In this document: piece after piece, positions 45,328 to 60,443 of the stretch
How the letters are laid out: each line of letters starts with the position of its first letter
Numbering within the stretch: the first letter of the stretch is position 1
From: Eledone cirrhosa
Lineage: Eukaryota
Direction: 5' to 3'
DNA: 64,000 nt
Assembly: GCA_964016885.1 (NCBI GenBank)
Contig: OZ024765.1
Coordinates: 10,230,001-10,294,000 of the forward strand
Program-made: the position numbers and the translations under genes
Notes under the pieces: model-generated
The model's database searches: none
Seen by the model: the letters and a program-made list of their open reading frames with translations, nothing else
Told to the model about the DNA's origin: nothing

Positions 45328-48300
45328 TAATTGTTTCTACTTTTGGCACAAGGCCAGCAATTACCCCAGTGAATACTGGTACTGTATTTTATCGACCTCG
45401 TAAGGATGAAAGGCAAAGTTAACCTCGGCGGGATTTGAACTCAGACCATAAAGGGCCGTTGGGCTTTCCTCCTACGCCAAAATTGCAAGCATTGCGCTAA
45501 ATGTAGAAGTAATAATTGTTTCTATTTTAGGCACAAGGCCAGCAATTATTCAGTGCATTACTGGTACTTTATTTTATCGACCCCGTAAGGATGAAAGACA
45601 AAGTTAACCTCGGCGGGATTTGAACTCAGATCATAAAGGGACGTAACTCTATGCTTCAAAGCATGGTGTCCGACTCTCTACCGATACTGCCAAGTAATAA
45701 TGATTATAATAAAGAAATGTTATTAACAGTTGTATAAATAATATTACAAATATAACCGACATAATATTACAAATAAAAATAAAAAAAAATAAAAGAAAGG
45801 GGAAAAACACACATCAAGGACCACGTACAACATAAGGCAGGCGAAAGGGGTGGACAAACGAACCACTGCCAGAACAAAATAGTAGGATTATTAATTAATT
45901 TGGACTGAGTTCAAATCCAGCTCAGGTTATTTTTGCCTTTCATCCTTACGGGGTCGATTAAATAAAGTACCAGTAACACACTGGTGTCGATATAATAGTC
46001 TTTCCCCTCCCCTCAAATTGCTGGCTTTGTCTAAATGTAGAAACAATTATTAATTAATTTGACAACTTGGTTAAGTCCTGGCGGTGTTTCGAAACCGTCA
46101 ACAAATGTTTAAATATTTTATCTTATATGTAAAAAAAATAATGTATGCAAAAAAAATAATGTATGATTATTTTTATTAATATATTTATTTTAATAAACAA
46201 GTATTTATATCAATCTATAGCCAGGGTTTCGACTCCTGCCACGGTTTAACAAATATATTAACAAGCCTTATATTTTGCTTTTAAATATTTTATTTATAAC
46301 ATTTTTTTAATAATTTACACTTATTTCAATGAAGTTAATTTTTCTATAATTAAATTTAAGATTTCCTACATTAAATTTAATGAGAAAAGATTTAAAATAA
46401 ATAATTAACGAAGATTGAGGGTTTGTTGGACAACTTCGATGTCAGTTTATGGTCAAGGGGGAAATAACTCTCTTAGTTTCAGTGTTTACTCGAGAGATGG
46501 CGTAGCGGTCTAAGAGGAGAAGGAGGAGACAATAATGTACTGTAGTGGGAGGAGGTGAGAGAGATAGAAACATAAAATAAAGTAACGCTTATTTCTCCCT
46601 TACTACTATTACTGTATCTACTCCATTCTTCTTTCCCTCCCTTACATCTATTACTGTATCTACTTCTCTCTTCTTTCCCTCCCTTACATCTATTACTGTA
46701 TCTACTGCTCTCTTCTTTCCCTCCCTTACATCTATTAATGTATCTACTACTCTCTTCTTTCGCTCCCTTACATCTATTACTGTATCTACTACTCTCTTCT
46801 TTCCCTCCCTTACATCTATTACTGTATCTACTACTCTCTTCTTTCCCTCCCTTACATCTATTACTGTATCTACTTCTCTCTTCTTTCCCTCCCTTACATC
46901 TATTACTGTATCTACTTCTCTCTTCTTTCCCTCCCTTACATCTATTACTGTATCTACTTCTCTCTTCTTTCCCTCCCTTGTATCTATTACTGTATCTACT
47001 TCTCTCTTCTTTCCCTCCCTTACATCTATTACTGTATCTACTTCTCTCTCCTTTCCCTCCCTTACATCTATTACTGTATCTACTTCTCTCTTCTTTCCCT
47101 CCCTTACAGCTATTACTGTATCTACTTCTCTCTTATTTCCCTCCCTTACATCTATTACTGTATCTACTTCTCTCTTCTTTCCCTCCCTTACATCTATTAC
47201 TGTATCTACTTCTCTCTTATTTCCCTCCCTTACATCTATTACTGTATCTACTTCTCTCTTCTTTCCCTCCCTTACAGCTATTACTGTATCTACTTCTCTC
47301 TTCTTTCCCTCCCTTACATCTATTACTGTATCTACTTCTCTCTTCTTTCCCTCCTTTACATGTATTACTGTATCTACTTCTCTCTTCTTTCACTCTCTTA
47401 CATCTATTACTGTATCTACTTCTCTCTTCTTTCCCTCCCTTACAGCTATTACTGTATCTACTTCTCTCTTCTTTCCCTCCCTTACATCTATTACTGTATC
47501 TACTTCTCTCTTCTTTCCCTCCCTTACAGCTATTACTGTATCTACTTCTCTCTTCTTTCCCTCCCTTACATCTATTACTGTATCTACTTCTCTCTTCTTT
47601 CCCTCCCTTACATCTATTACTGTATCTACTTCTCTCTTCTTTCCCTCCCTTACATCTATTACTATATCTACTTCTCTCTTCTTTCCCTCCCTTACAGCTA
47701 TTACTGTATCTACTTCTCTCTTATTTGCCTCCCTTACATCTATTACTGTATCTACTTCTCTCTTCTTTCCCTCCCTTACATCTATTACTGTATCTACTTC
47801 TCTCTTCTTTCCCTCCCTTACATCTATTACTATATCTACTTCTCTCTTCTTTCCCTCCCTTACAGCTATTACTGTATCTACTTCTCTCTTATTTGCCTCC
47901 CTTACATCTATTACTGTATCTACTTCTCTCTTATTTCCCTCCCTTACATCTATTACTGTATCTACTTCTCTCTTCTTTCCCTCCCTTACATCTATTACTG
48001 TATCTACTTCTCTCTTCTTTCCCTCCCTTACAGCTATTACTGTATCTACTTCTCTCTTATTTGCCTCCCTTACATCTATTACTGTATCTACTTCTCTCTT
48101 CTTTCCCTCCCTTACATCTATTACTGTATCTACTTCTCTCTTCTTTCCCTCCCTTACATCTATTACTATAACTACTTCTCTCTTCTTTCCCTCTCTTACA
48201 TCTATTACTGTATCTACTTCTCTCTTCCTTCCCTCCCTTACATCTATTACTGTATCTACTTCTCTCTTCTTTCCCTCCCTTACATCTATTACTGTATCTA

Positions 48301-51300
48301 CTTCTCTCTTCTTTCCCTCCCTTACATCTATTACTGTATCTACTTCTCTCTTCTTTCCCTCTCTTACATCTATTACTGTATCTACTTCTCTCTTCTTTCC
48401 CTCCCTTACAGCTATTACTGTATCTACTTCTCTCTTCTTTCCTTCCCTTACATCTATTACTGTATCTACTTCTCTCTTCTTTCCCTCCCTTACATCTATT
48501 ACTGTATCTACTACACTCTTCTTTCCCTCCCTTACATCTATTACTGTATCTACTACTCTCTTCTTTCCCTCCCTTACATCTATTACTGTATCTACTTCTC
48601 TCTTCTTTCCCTCCCTTACATCTATTACTGTATCTACTTCTCTCTTATTTCCCTCCCTTACATCTATTACTGTATCTACTTCTCTCTTCTTTCCCTCCCT
48701 TGTATCTATTACTGTATCTACTTCTCTCTCCTTTCCCTCCCTTACATCTATTACTGTATCTACTTCTCTCTTCTTTCCCTCCCTTACATCTATTACTGTA
48801 TCTACTTCTCTCTTCTTTCCCTCCCTTACATCTATTACTGTATCTACTTCTCTCTTCTTTCCCTCCCTTACATCTATTACTGTATCTACTTCTCTCCTTT
48901 CCTTCCCTTATATCTATTACTGTATCTACTTCTCTCTTCTTTCCCTCCCTTACATATATTACTGTATCTACTTCTCTCTTCTTTCCCTCCCTTACATCTA
49001 TTACTGTATCTACTTCTCTCTTCTTTCCCTCCTTTACATCTATTACTGTATCTACTACTCTCTTCTTTCACTCCCTTACATCTATTACTGTATCTACTTC
49101 TCTCTTCTTTCCCTCCCTTACATCTATTACTGTATCTACTTCTCTCTTCTTTCCCTCCCTTACATCTATTACTGTATCTACTTCTCTCTTCTTTCCCTCC
49201 TTTACATCTATTACTGTATCTACTTCTCTCTTCTTTCCCTTCCTTACATCTATTACTGTATCTACTTCTCTCTTCTTTCCCTCCCTTACATCTATTACTG
49301 TATCTACTTCTCTCTTCTTTCCCTCCCTTACATCTATTACTGTATCTACTTCTCTCTTCTTTCCCTCCTTTACATCTATTACTGTATCTACTTCTCTCTT
49401 CTTTCCCTCCCTTACATCTATTACTGTATTTACTTCTCTCTTCTTTCCCTCCTTTACATCTATTACTGTATCTACTTCTCTCTTCTTTCCCTCCCTTACA
49501 TCTATTACTGTATCTACTACTCTCTTCTTTCCCTCCTTTTTTTCTAATTGTTTCTACTTTTGGCACAAGGCCAGCAATTACCTCAGTGCATTACTGGTAC
49601 TTTATTTTATCGACCCCGTAAGGATGAATAGCAAAGTTAACCTCGGCAGGATTTGAACTCAGTCCATAAAGGGCCGTTAGGCTTTCCTCCTACCCCAAAA
49701 TTGCAAGCATTGCGCTAAATGTAGAAATAATAATTGTTTCTAGTTTAGGCACAAGGCCAGCAATAACCCAGTGCATTACTGGTACTTTATTTTATCGACC
49801 CCGAAGAATTAATTTGGACTGAGTTCAAATCCAGCTCAGGTTATTTTTGCCTTTCATCCTTACGGGGTCGATTGAATAAAGTACCAGTAACACACTGGAG
49901 TAGATATAATAGTCTTTCCCTTCCCAGTAAATTATTGGCCTTGTGTCTAAATGTAGAAACAATAATAATTATTTCATTTGTCCTGAGTTCAAATCCCGCC
50001 AAGGTTAGCTTTGCCTTTCATCCTTACGGGGTCGATTAAATAAAGTACCAGTAACACACTGGAGTAGATATAATAGTCTTTCCCCTCCCCTCAAATTGCT
50101 GGCTTTGTCTAAATGTAGAAACAATTATTAATTAATTTGACAACTTGGTTAAGTCCTGGCGGTGTTTCGAAACCGTCAACAAATGTTTAAATATTTTATC
50201 TTATATGTAAAAAAAATAATGTATGCAAAAAAAATAATGTATGATTATTTTTATTAATATATTTATTTTAATAAACAAGTATTTATATCAATCTATAGCC
50301 AGGGTTTCGACTCCTGCCACGGTTTAACAAATATATTAACAAGCCTTATATTTTGCTTTTAAATATTTTATTTATAACATTTTTTTAATAATTTACACTT
50401 ATTTCAATGAAGTGAATTTTTCTATAATAAAATTTAAGATTTCCTACATTAAATTTAATGAGAAAAGATTAAAAATAAGTAATTAACGAAGATTGGGGGT
50501 TTGTTGGACGACTTCGATGTCAGTTTATGGTCAAGGGGGAAATAACTCTCCTAGTTTCAGTGTTTACTCGAGAGATGGCGTAGCGATCTAAGAGGAGAAG
50601 GAGGAGACAATAATGTACTGTAGGGGGAGGAAGTGAGAGAGATAGAAACATAAAATAAAGTAACGCTTATTTCTCCCTTACTACTATTACTGTATCTACT
50701 CCATTCTTCTTTTCCCTTCCTTACATCTATTACTGTATCTACTTCTCTCTTCTTTACCTCCCTTACATCTATTACTGTATCTACTTCTCTCTTCTTTCCC
50801 TCCCTTACATTTATTACTGTATCTACTTCTCTCTTCTTTCCCTCCCTTACATCTATTACTGTATCTACTACTCTCTTCTTTCCCTCCCTTACATCTACTA
50901 CTGTATCTACTTCTCTCTTCTTTCCCTCCCTTGTATCTATTACTGTATCTACTTCTCTCTTATTTCCCTCCTTTACATCTATTACTGTATCTACTTCTCT
51001 CTTCTTTCCCTCCCTTACATCTATTACTGTATCTACTTCTCTCTTCTTTCCCTCCCTTACATCTATTACTGTATCTACTTCTCTCTTCTTTCCCTCCCTT
51101 ACATCTATTACTGTATCTACTACTCTCTTCTTTCCCTCCCTTACATCTACTACTGTATCTACTTCTCTCTTCTTTCCCTCCCTTACATCTATTACTGTAT
51201 CTACTGCTCTTTTCTTTCCCTCCCTTACATCTATTACTGTATCTACTTCTCTCTTCTTTCCCTCCCTTACATCTATTACTGTATCTACTTCTCTCTTCTT

Positions 51301-54300
51301 TCCCTCCCTTGTATCTATTACTGTATCTACTTCTCTCTTATTTCCCTCCTTTACATCTATTACTGTATCTACTTCTTTCTTCTTTCCCTCCCTTACAGCT
51401 ATTACTGTATCTACTTCTCTCTTCTTTCCCTCCCTTACATCTATTACTGTATCTACTTCTCTCTTATTTCCCTCCTTTACATCTATTACTGTATCTACTT
51501 CTTTCTTCTTTCCCTCCCTTACAGCTATTACTGTATCTACTTCTCTCTTATTTCCCTCCCTTACATCTATTACTGTATCTACTTCTCTCTTCTTTACCTC
51601 CCTTACATCTATTACTGTATCTACTTCTTTCTTCTTTCCCTCCCTTACAGCTATTACTGTATCTACTTCTCTCTTATTTCCCTCCCTTACATCTATTACT
51701 GTATCTACTTCTCTCTTCTTTCCCTCTCTTACATCTATTACTGTATCTACTTCTCTCTTCTTTCCCTCCCTTACAGCTATTACTGTATCTACTTCTCTCT
51801 TATTTCCCTCCCTTACATCTATTACTGTATCTACTTCTTTCTTCTTTCCCTCCCTTACATCTATTACTGTATCTACTTCTCTCTTCTTTCACTCCCTTAC
51901 ATCTATTACTGTATCTACTTCTCTCTTCTTTCCCTCCCTTACATCTATTACTGTATCTACTTCTCTCTTATTTGCCTCCCTTACATCTATTACTGTATCT
52001 ACTTCTCTCTTATTTCCCTCCCTTACATCTATTACTGTATCTACTTCTCTCTTCTTTCCCTCCCTTACATCTATTACTGTATCTACTGCTCTCTTCTTTC
52101 CCTCCCTTACATCTATTACTGTATCTACTTCTCTCTTATTTCCCTCCTTTACATCTATTACTGTATCTACTACGCTCTTCTTTCCCTCCCTTACATCTAT
52201 TACTGTATCTACTTCTCTCTTCTTTCCCTCCCTTACATCTATTACTGTATCTCCTTCTCTCTTATTTCCCTCCCTTACATCTATTACTGTATCTACTACG
52301 CTCTTCTTTCCCTCCTTTACAAATATTACTGTATCTACTTCTCTCTTCTTTCCCTCCCTTACATCTATTACTGTATCTACTTGTCTCTTATTTGCCTCCC
52401 TTACATCTATTACTGTATCTACTTCTCTCTTCTTTCCCTCCCTTACATCTATTACTGTATCTACTGCTCTCTTCTTTCCCTCCCTTACATCTATTACTGT
52501 ATCTACTTCTCTCTTATTTGCCTCCCTTACATCTATTACTGTATCTACTTCTCTCTTCTTTCCCTCCCTTACATCTATTACTGTATCTACTTCTCTCTTC
52601 TTTCCCTCCCTTACATCTATTACTGTATCTACTTCTCTCTTATTTCCCTCCTTTACATCTATTACTGTATCTACTTCTCTCTTCTTTCTCTCCCTTACAT
52701 CTATTACTGTATCTACTTCTCTCTTCTTTCCCTCCCTTACAGCTATTACTGTATCTACTTCTCTCTTCTTTCTCTCCCTTACATCTATTACTGCATCTCC
52801 TTCTCTCTTCTTTCCCTCCTTTTTTTCTAATTGTTTCTACTTTTGGCACAAGGCCAGCAATTACCTCAGTGCATTACTGGTACTTTATTTTATCGACCCC
52901 GTAAGGATGAAAGGCAAAGTTAACCTCGGCAGGATTTGAACTCAGTCCATAAAGGGCCGTTAGGCTTTCCTCCTACCCCAAAATTACAAGCATTGCGCTA
53001 AATGTAGAAATAATAATTGTTTCTATTTTAGGCACAAGGCCAGCAATTACCCAGTGCATTACTGGTACTTTATTTTATCGACCCCGAAGAATTAATTTGG
53101 ACTGAGTTCAAATCCAGCTCAGGTTATTTTTGCCTCTAATCCTTACGGGGTCGATTAAATAAAGTACCAGTAACACACTGGTGTCGATATAATAGTCTTT
53201 CCCCTCCCAGTAAATTATTGGCCTTGTGTCTAAATGTAGAAACAATAATAATTATTTCATTTGTCCTGAGTTCAAATCCCGCCAAGGCTAGCTTTGCCTT
53301 TCATCCTTACGGGGTCGATTAAATAAAGTACCAGTAACACACTGGAGTAGATATAATAATCTTTCCCCTCCCCTCAAATTGCTGGCTTTGTCTAAATGTA
53401 GAAACAATTATTAATTAATTTGATAACTTGGTTAAGTCCTGGCGGTGTTTCGAAACCGTCAACAAATGTTTAAATATTTTATCTTATATGTAAAAAAAAT
53501 AATGTATGTAAAAAAAATAATGTATGATTATTTTGATTTATATATTTATTTTAATAAACAAGTATTTATATCAATCTATAGCCAGGGTTTCGACTCCTGC
53601 CACGGTTTAACAAATATATTAACAAGCCTTATATTTTGCTTTTATATATTTTATTTATAGATTTTTTTAAATAAGTTAAACTTATTTCAATGAAGTGAAT
53701 TTTTCTATAATAAAATTTAAGATTTCCTACATTAAATTTAATGAGAAAAGATTAAAAATAAGTAATTAACGAAGATTGGGGGTTTGTTGGACGACTTCGA
53801 TGTCAGTTTATGGTCAAGGGGGAAATAACTCTCCTAGTTTCAGTGTTTACTCGAGAGATGGCGTAGCGATCTAAGAGGAGAAGGAGGAGACAATAATGTA
53901 CTGTAGGGGGAGGAAGTGAGAGAGATAGAAACATAAAATAAAGTAACGCTTATTTCTCCCTTACTACTATTACTGTATCTACTCCATTCTTCTTTTCCCT
54001 TCCTTACATCTATTACTGTATCTACTTCTCTCTTCTTTCCCTCCCTTACATCTATTACTGTATCTACTTCTCTTCTTTCCCTCCCTTACATCTATTACTG
54101 TATCTACTTCTCTCTTCTTTCCCTCCCTTGTATCTATTACTGTATCTACTTCTCTCTCCTTTCCCTCCCTTACATCTATTACTGTATCTACTTCTCTCTT
54201 CTTTCCCTCCCTTACAGCTATTACTGTATCTACTTCTCTCTCCTTTCCCTCCCTTACATCTATTACTGTAACTACTTCTCTCTTCTTTCCCTCCCGTACA

Positions 54301-55650
54301 GCTATTACTGTATCTACTTCTCTCTTATTTCCCTCCCTTACATCTATTACTGTATCTACTTCTCTCTTCTTTCCCTCCCTTACATCTATAACTGTATCTA
54401 CTTCTCTCTTCTTTCCCTCCTTTACATCTATTACTGTATCTACTTCTCTCTTCTTTCCCTCCCTTACATCTATTACTGTATCTACTTCTCTCTTCTTTCC
54501 CTCCCTTGCATCTATTACTGTATCTACTCCTCTCTTCTTTCCCCCCCTTACATCTATTACTGTATCTACTTCTCTCTTCTTTCCCTCCCTTACATCTATT
54601 ACTGTATCTACTACTCTCTTCTTTCCCTCCCTTACATCTATTACTGTATCTACTTCTCTCTTCTTTCCCTCCCTTACATCTATTACTGTATCTACTTCTC
54701 TCTTCTTTCCCTCCCTTATATCTATTACTGTATCTACTTCACTCTTCTTTCCCTCCCTTACATCTATTACTGTATCTACTTCTCTCTACTTTCCCTCCCT
54801 TACATCTATTACTGTATCTACTCCTCTCTTCTTTCCCTCCCTTACATCTATTACTGTATCTACTTCTCTCTACTTTCCCTCCCTTACATCTATTACTGTA
54901 TCTACTCCTCTCTTCTTTCCCTCCCTTAGATCTATTACTGTATCTACTTCTCTCTACTTTCCCTCCCTTACATCTATTACTGTATCTACTACTCTCTACT
55001 TTCCCTCCCTTACATCTATTACTGTATCTACTTGTCTCTTCTTTTCCTTCCATTACATCTATTACTGTATCTACTTCTCTCTTCTTTCCCTCCCTTGCAT
55101 CTATTACTGTATCTACTACTCTCTACTTTCCCTCCCTTACATCTATTACTGTATCTACTTGTCTCTTCTTTTCCTTCCATTACATCTATTACTGTATCTA
55201 CTTCTCTCTTCTTTCCCTCCCTTGCATCTATTACTGTATCTACTCCTCTCTTCTTTCCCTCCATTACATCTATTACTGTTTCTACTCCTCTCTTCTTTCC
55301 CTCCATTACATCTATTACTGTATCTACTCCTCTCTTCTTTCTCTCCCTTACATCTATTACTGTATCTACTTCCCCTCCCTTACATCTATTACTGTACCTA
55401 CTTCTCTCTTATTTCCCTCCCTTACATCTATTACTGTATCTACTTCTCTCTTATTTTCCCTCCCTTGTAACAACTACTGTATCTACTCCTCTCTTATTTT
55501 CCCTTCCTTGTAACTATTACTGTATCTACTCCTCTCTTATTTTCCCTCCCTTGTAACAACTACTGTATCTACTACTCTCTTATTTTCCCTCCCTTGTAAC
55601 TATTACTGTATCTACTCCTCTCTTATTTTTTTCTCCCTTATATCTATTAA
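45328..55650. repeat. Tandem triplication of a ~2.8-4.2 kb unit (SINE fragments + AT-rich spacer + 42-bp CT-rich satellite)
   Basis: Spacer landmark aacttggttaagtcctggcggtgtttcgaaaccgtc at ~46064, ~50142, ~53425; 42-bp unit tctattactgtatctacttctctcttctttccctcccttaca in arrays 46600-49535, 50680-52818, 53960-55650. Confidence 0.93.
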
Positions 55651-56330
55651 TGTTTTTACTTCACTCTTATTTCTCCCTTCTCTCTTTTACTGTATCCACA
55701 CGACATTCACTCGTTTTTACTCTTTCTCTCTCTATTCCTCTTTATCTAAAATATTGGTTTAATTATTTTAAAAAATTCATTAACAATATCAATAATTAAT
55801 TTTATTCAATTTATTAATCAAATCTGTGAAATAAATATATATACACACACTCTCCTATACATATATATTTATGTCAGGGAAAAACAACACAGGACTTCGC
55901 TCACTTATTCCTGAAAGGGTCGTGGGGTCAGAGTCTTCAAACACTCCACAGCTATGTGTGTGTGTGTATAAACATATATATAGAGTGAGAGATACATAAA
56001 TATATATGTACATACATATTTATATAGCGGTTAATATTTTTTTTTGCCAATCTAATTTCGTCATATTTTAAATTTCAAAAACTTCAAGTCCAACTAATTT
56101 TTTCTCCCGCTCACGTAACATCCCCTGTGTTGGGGGTTTTTTCTCGAATCATATGCTTAGTTGTCACAGATCTGTCTAGCTCGATGGACGGCCAGTATAT
56201 CAAAAGAAACCTGCACCTATGCATTTTAGTGACGAGAACATGTTTTGGATTATTAAACATATGCCTTGCTTCTTTCAAATATATATAATAAAATAGAGCT
56301 GATCTAAAGTAACTGTCTTTTGTTTATTAT

Positions 56331-56414
<84 letters not shown>

Positions 56415-56859
56415 CGGGTAAAATTCCCTAGATGCATGGATGAGTTCTCTCCAGCGTTCTCTATCCCTCATCACTGCCATGTCCTGCGTCTCCAAGAGAA
56501 CAGTGTCTGTCCTTAGGGCATGAATATATGTCAACTTCAGTCTCCCTCTTCTAGTGTGTCCGAGTAGGGGTTCACTCAGATGGTGGATGAGTGTTACATG
56601 AAGATGCTGAGGATGGCTCTGAACGTTAATCAGTATACACTGAGGATGAAGAACTCAGAGCTGTACGGGAGTCTCTCAAAAGTCAGCTCGAAAGTAACAC
56701 AGACTACCGACATTAAGAGTTGACACTACATTCAGTACATATGTAATTATATATATAATATACATGACAATATATATACATGACTTTTAGCGGTCGCAAT
56801 AATGAAAGTAAATTTATTTTCATTTTCGAACGTCGTGTTTACATTTTGTGTGTGTGTTT

Positions 56860-57120
56860 AAACGAAACATGCTGGCGACGAAGCTTCTTCTTTGCGCGGC
56901 TCCACGTGTTCTCTATGAGCTGTGTGTGCACATCAAGGTCAGCAGGATCTACAAAGTTCCGTTCGTGCACCACAACATCATGAACGTAAATCCCACCTTC
57001 AATTTCCTCAATTTCCGAATAGGAAGCCCAACCATCGGAGATGATGCGGCTGCCTGGCAAAATCCCTGCTGAATGATGGGGACGAGAGTGTCACAGCTTC
57101 GATTTGGGACTTCTACAAGG
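56860..57120 (-). mobile_element. Merlin / IS1595 (ISXO2-like) DDE transposase fragment
   Basis: PGSRIISDGWASY..VVHERNFVDP..VHTQLIENTWSRAK; upstream frameshifted VPNRSCDTLVPII. Confidence 0.85.
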
Positions 57121-57234
57121 CAGCCGCGTCCAGAATGTCGGACTCACCATTCTGCAAGCCTCATTACAAGATTACTTCGGTGTTGAGTTCTCTTCTCTCA
57201 ACCGTCAACTACACACACACACACATACATACAT

Positions 57235-57334
<100 letters not shown>

Positions 57335-57661
57335 CAGTTAAAACGACAGAGGCTCTGATTTTGTCTTTAATCTCAGTAACTAATTTAGATCTAATCACAC
57401 ACACAAAATGTAAACACGACGTTCGAAAATGAAAATAAATTTACTTTCATTTTTCAGACCGTTAAGTCATGTATGCCTAATATATATAATAAACAACACA
57501 ATATAATTATTCCATTACAAAAGGTTTCATTCCTGACACCTTTGGTAATGGAATAATTATATTGTGTTGTTTATTATGTAATTAAACAGCCCTGTACGAT
57601 ACATAGAACACTATTGTTTCCCTTACCTTTTCTACGGAAATACTTAACACACACACACACA

Positions 57662-57700
57662 CATACTGATGATTTCTCACGAATGAAACAGTTCTAGTCC
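57662..57700 (+). ncRNA. Compact hammerhead-like motif
   Basis: ta CTGATGA tttctcacgaat GAAA cagt TC tag; related degenerate copy in a small inverted repeat at ~39114-39181. Confidence 0.5.
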
Positions 57701-57881
57701 TGTAGAAGCTCTTATATATATATACATGGACACACTAGAAGAGGAAGACCAAGGTTAACCTATGTTGATGCCCTAAGGACAGACACTGGTCTGTTGGAGA
57801 CGCAGGACATGGCAGCGATAATGAGGGACAGAGACCGCTGGAGAGAACTCGTCCATGGAACTCGGGAATTTTACCCGCCTT

Positions 57882-57936
<55 letters not shown>

Positions 57937-58629
57937 TGGCGAAACGATTTCAATCTCGTAGCTGAATACTTTTAATTTTAGAAAATCCAACTCTCTTCTT
58001 TTCCTCTCAAACTTTAAAAGAAAAACATTTTTCATGATTGAAACACTGTCACAATTTCTCTCATAATTAATTGAATGTCATTTTCTGTATATCAAATTAT
58101 GTTTAAAATGTGGAAAATAAAGATAAATAAAGACATTTAAAACAACTTACGACTCACGGAGTAATTTACACTTCAACTAAAATATATCCAGTCTTCTTTT
58201 GGTATTTTGGGGTGGTTTTGTGTGTGTATGTATATGTATAATGTGTGTGTGTGTGCCTTTATATATATATATATACTCATATGTGTGTGTGTGCATTTGC
58301 GCGCGCTTATATAGTATTTTGGGTGGTTTTGTGTGTGTATGTATATGTATAATGTGTGTGTGCCTTTATATATATATATATATATCTACACATGTGTGTG
58401 TGCATTTGCGCGCGCTTATATAGATAGATAGGTACATAGATGAATAGATACATAGATAGATAAATAGATAGATATACATACACACAGAACAGTCATCCTT
58501 CTAGCAATGATAAATAAATATTTATGAGGCTGACTTCGCTAAAATAAGGTTTACTGGTAGAAAGAAAATATATAAACAAACATAACTAAGACTTCTCATT
58601 TCTGTCTTCTGTTTGTATGAATGTCAATA

Positions 58630-58960
58630 GAGAAACTTATTGAATTAATACTAACCCTAATCCCTCGCCCCGAATCCTTACTACTAACCTTAAATACAAA
58701 CACGAACCGTAACCCTTAACCTAAGCCTGAAGCTCAAACTACCGACCTAAAATACAAGCCTGAACCTGTAACTACTAACCCTAAATACTATCGCTAACCA
58801 AAAATACAAACCCTAACAACTAAAACTAACCTGACCCCCAAACAACGAACTGTAATCCCTAACAACTAACCCGACCTCTAGCAACAAACTTTAATCCTAA
58901 CAACTAACCCGAGCGCTACTAACTGACCCTTAAGGCCTACTTTATCAACTAACCTTAATA
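58630..58960. repeat. Degenerate (CCCTAA)-like repeat tract
   Basis: Recurring taaccctaa/ctaaccc/taacctt motifs. Confidence 0.55.
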
Positions 58961-59361
58961 TTTACTCCAAACTCGGAATAAATTCGTTCGGATTATGATT
59001 ATTATTTTACTTATATAATTGTGAAACTATAAATGTAGTCACCCCAACGTAGGTGACTATAATAATAATTAACAGTCAGTCCCTATTAATAATGGTTTTT
59101 GATTTAGGCACAAGGCCAACAATACTGGTGTAGAAGAAAAAGTCGATTAAATCGGACTTAGTGCATTACTGGTACTTTATTTTATCGACCCCTTAAGAAT
59201 GAAAGGCAAACCTAGCCTCGGCAGGATTTGAACTCAAGCCATAAAGGACCGTAAATATAATAACAACAACAACAACAACACCGTTAATAAAAATAATAAT
59301 GTAATAATAATTTGAAAAAAATCGGGTAAAATGCTAATGAAAAGGTAAAAAAGTGGAATGT

Positions 59362-59428
59362 GTATACAGCAAGGAATCGAACCCGCGACTCGGGGTTGGC
59401 AAGCAAGCGCGTTAACCATGACGTAATT
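59362..59428 (-). pseudogene. tRNA-like remnant (possibly Gly-GCC-derived SINE head)
   Basis: Reverse complement: atggttaacgcgcttgctTGCCAAccccgagtcgcgGGTTCGATTCCttgc; acceptor stem not intact. Confidence 0.4.
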
Positions 59429-59801
59429 TAAAAAAAAAAACAAAAAGAAAACTCATTTTGGAAATTGATACAAAAGCGACATCAGTTCCTCGGCATTTTG
59501 AGAAATTTTTGTCATTTTCCAGAAATATTACTCCAGAGTTGCCTCCCTTTTCTGATATTTCTAGTAAGGTTGCTAGAAATAGCAGCCGAATCTCAAAGCC
59601 ATTGTAGGACTCGTTAAACAATACATACATATGTATATACTTGATCACAAGAATATTAATAACTCTGGAAAACCTTTTGCTGTTGAGTGCTTCCAATCTA
59701 TTGTAAAACTCATTCTTTGATGTATTCATTGAACCTTGTTTAACTTTTAAATATATATATATATAATATATACAACATATTAACAAATGGAAACTATATT
59801 T

Positions 59802-59868
59802 AATTCATTATACATATTTCAAGGGCAACCAAAGCAAACTATGGTGCGCTTTCATCAGATAAAATATA
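59802..59868 (-). ncRNA. Minimal type I hammerhead (same family as 2566/2715)
   Basis: Reverse complement: attttat CTGATGA aagcgcaccatagtttgctttggttgccctt GAAA tatgta TA atgaatt. Confidence 0.72.
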
Positions 59869-60377
59869 ATATAGGTTAGTTTTATATATAAATATTGACA
59901 TATCCTTAAAAAATGCAACTATTCTGGTTGGAATCTCCTAGATGTATATCTAGGAGATATAATCTCCTATATTGTATATTTACTCCAATAATTTGTTGAG
60001 TGCTTTATATCAGTTATAAAAATATTTTGCTTGTTTGGAAGGAGGGATGTATTTAATTATGTCTCATATAAAATAATACAGCCAACTATCCACGAAATAC
60101 AATATAGTTAGCACCCCAAACATATAATTAGGGTTATACTCAGGTATATCCTAATGTTTGTTGAGTGAGATGGATGTCAGTCGGAGTATTGCTTAAAGCT
60201 TTCTCTGTTAATGTATTAAATATATATATATATATATATATATATAGAAGTTCTATTTAATTTGTTGGGATACAACAAGCTAAAATATTTTTATAGCTGA
60301 TATAAAGCACTCAACAAATTATTGGAGTAAATATACAATATATTAACAAATGGAAACTATATTTATAAAACCATATT

Positions 60378-60443
60378 TATTTTATTATACATATTTCAAG
60401 GGCCACCAAGGCAGATTATGGTGCGCTTTCATCAGGTAAAATA
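60378..60443 (-). ncRNA. Minimal type I hammerhead (same family as 2566/2715)
   Basis: Reverse complement: tattttac CTGATGA aagcgcaccataatctgccttggtggccctt GAAA tatgta TA ataaaata. Confidence 0.7.

Noticed and set aside
46738-55556. Leu-rich and Tyr-rich repeat ORFs
   Set aside because: 42-bp satellite translations with frameshifts among units
57487-57577. Short hairpin as a miRNA precursor
   Set aside because: AT-rich inverted repeat of the fold-back type; no evidence for processing from sequence alone
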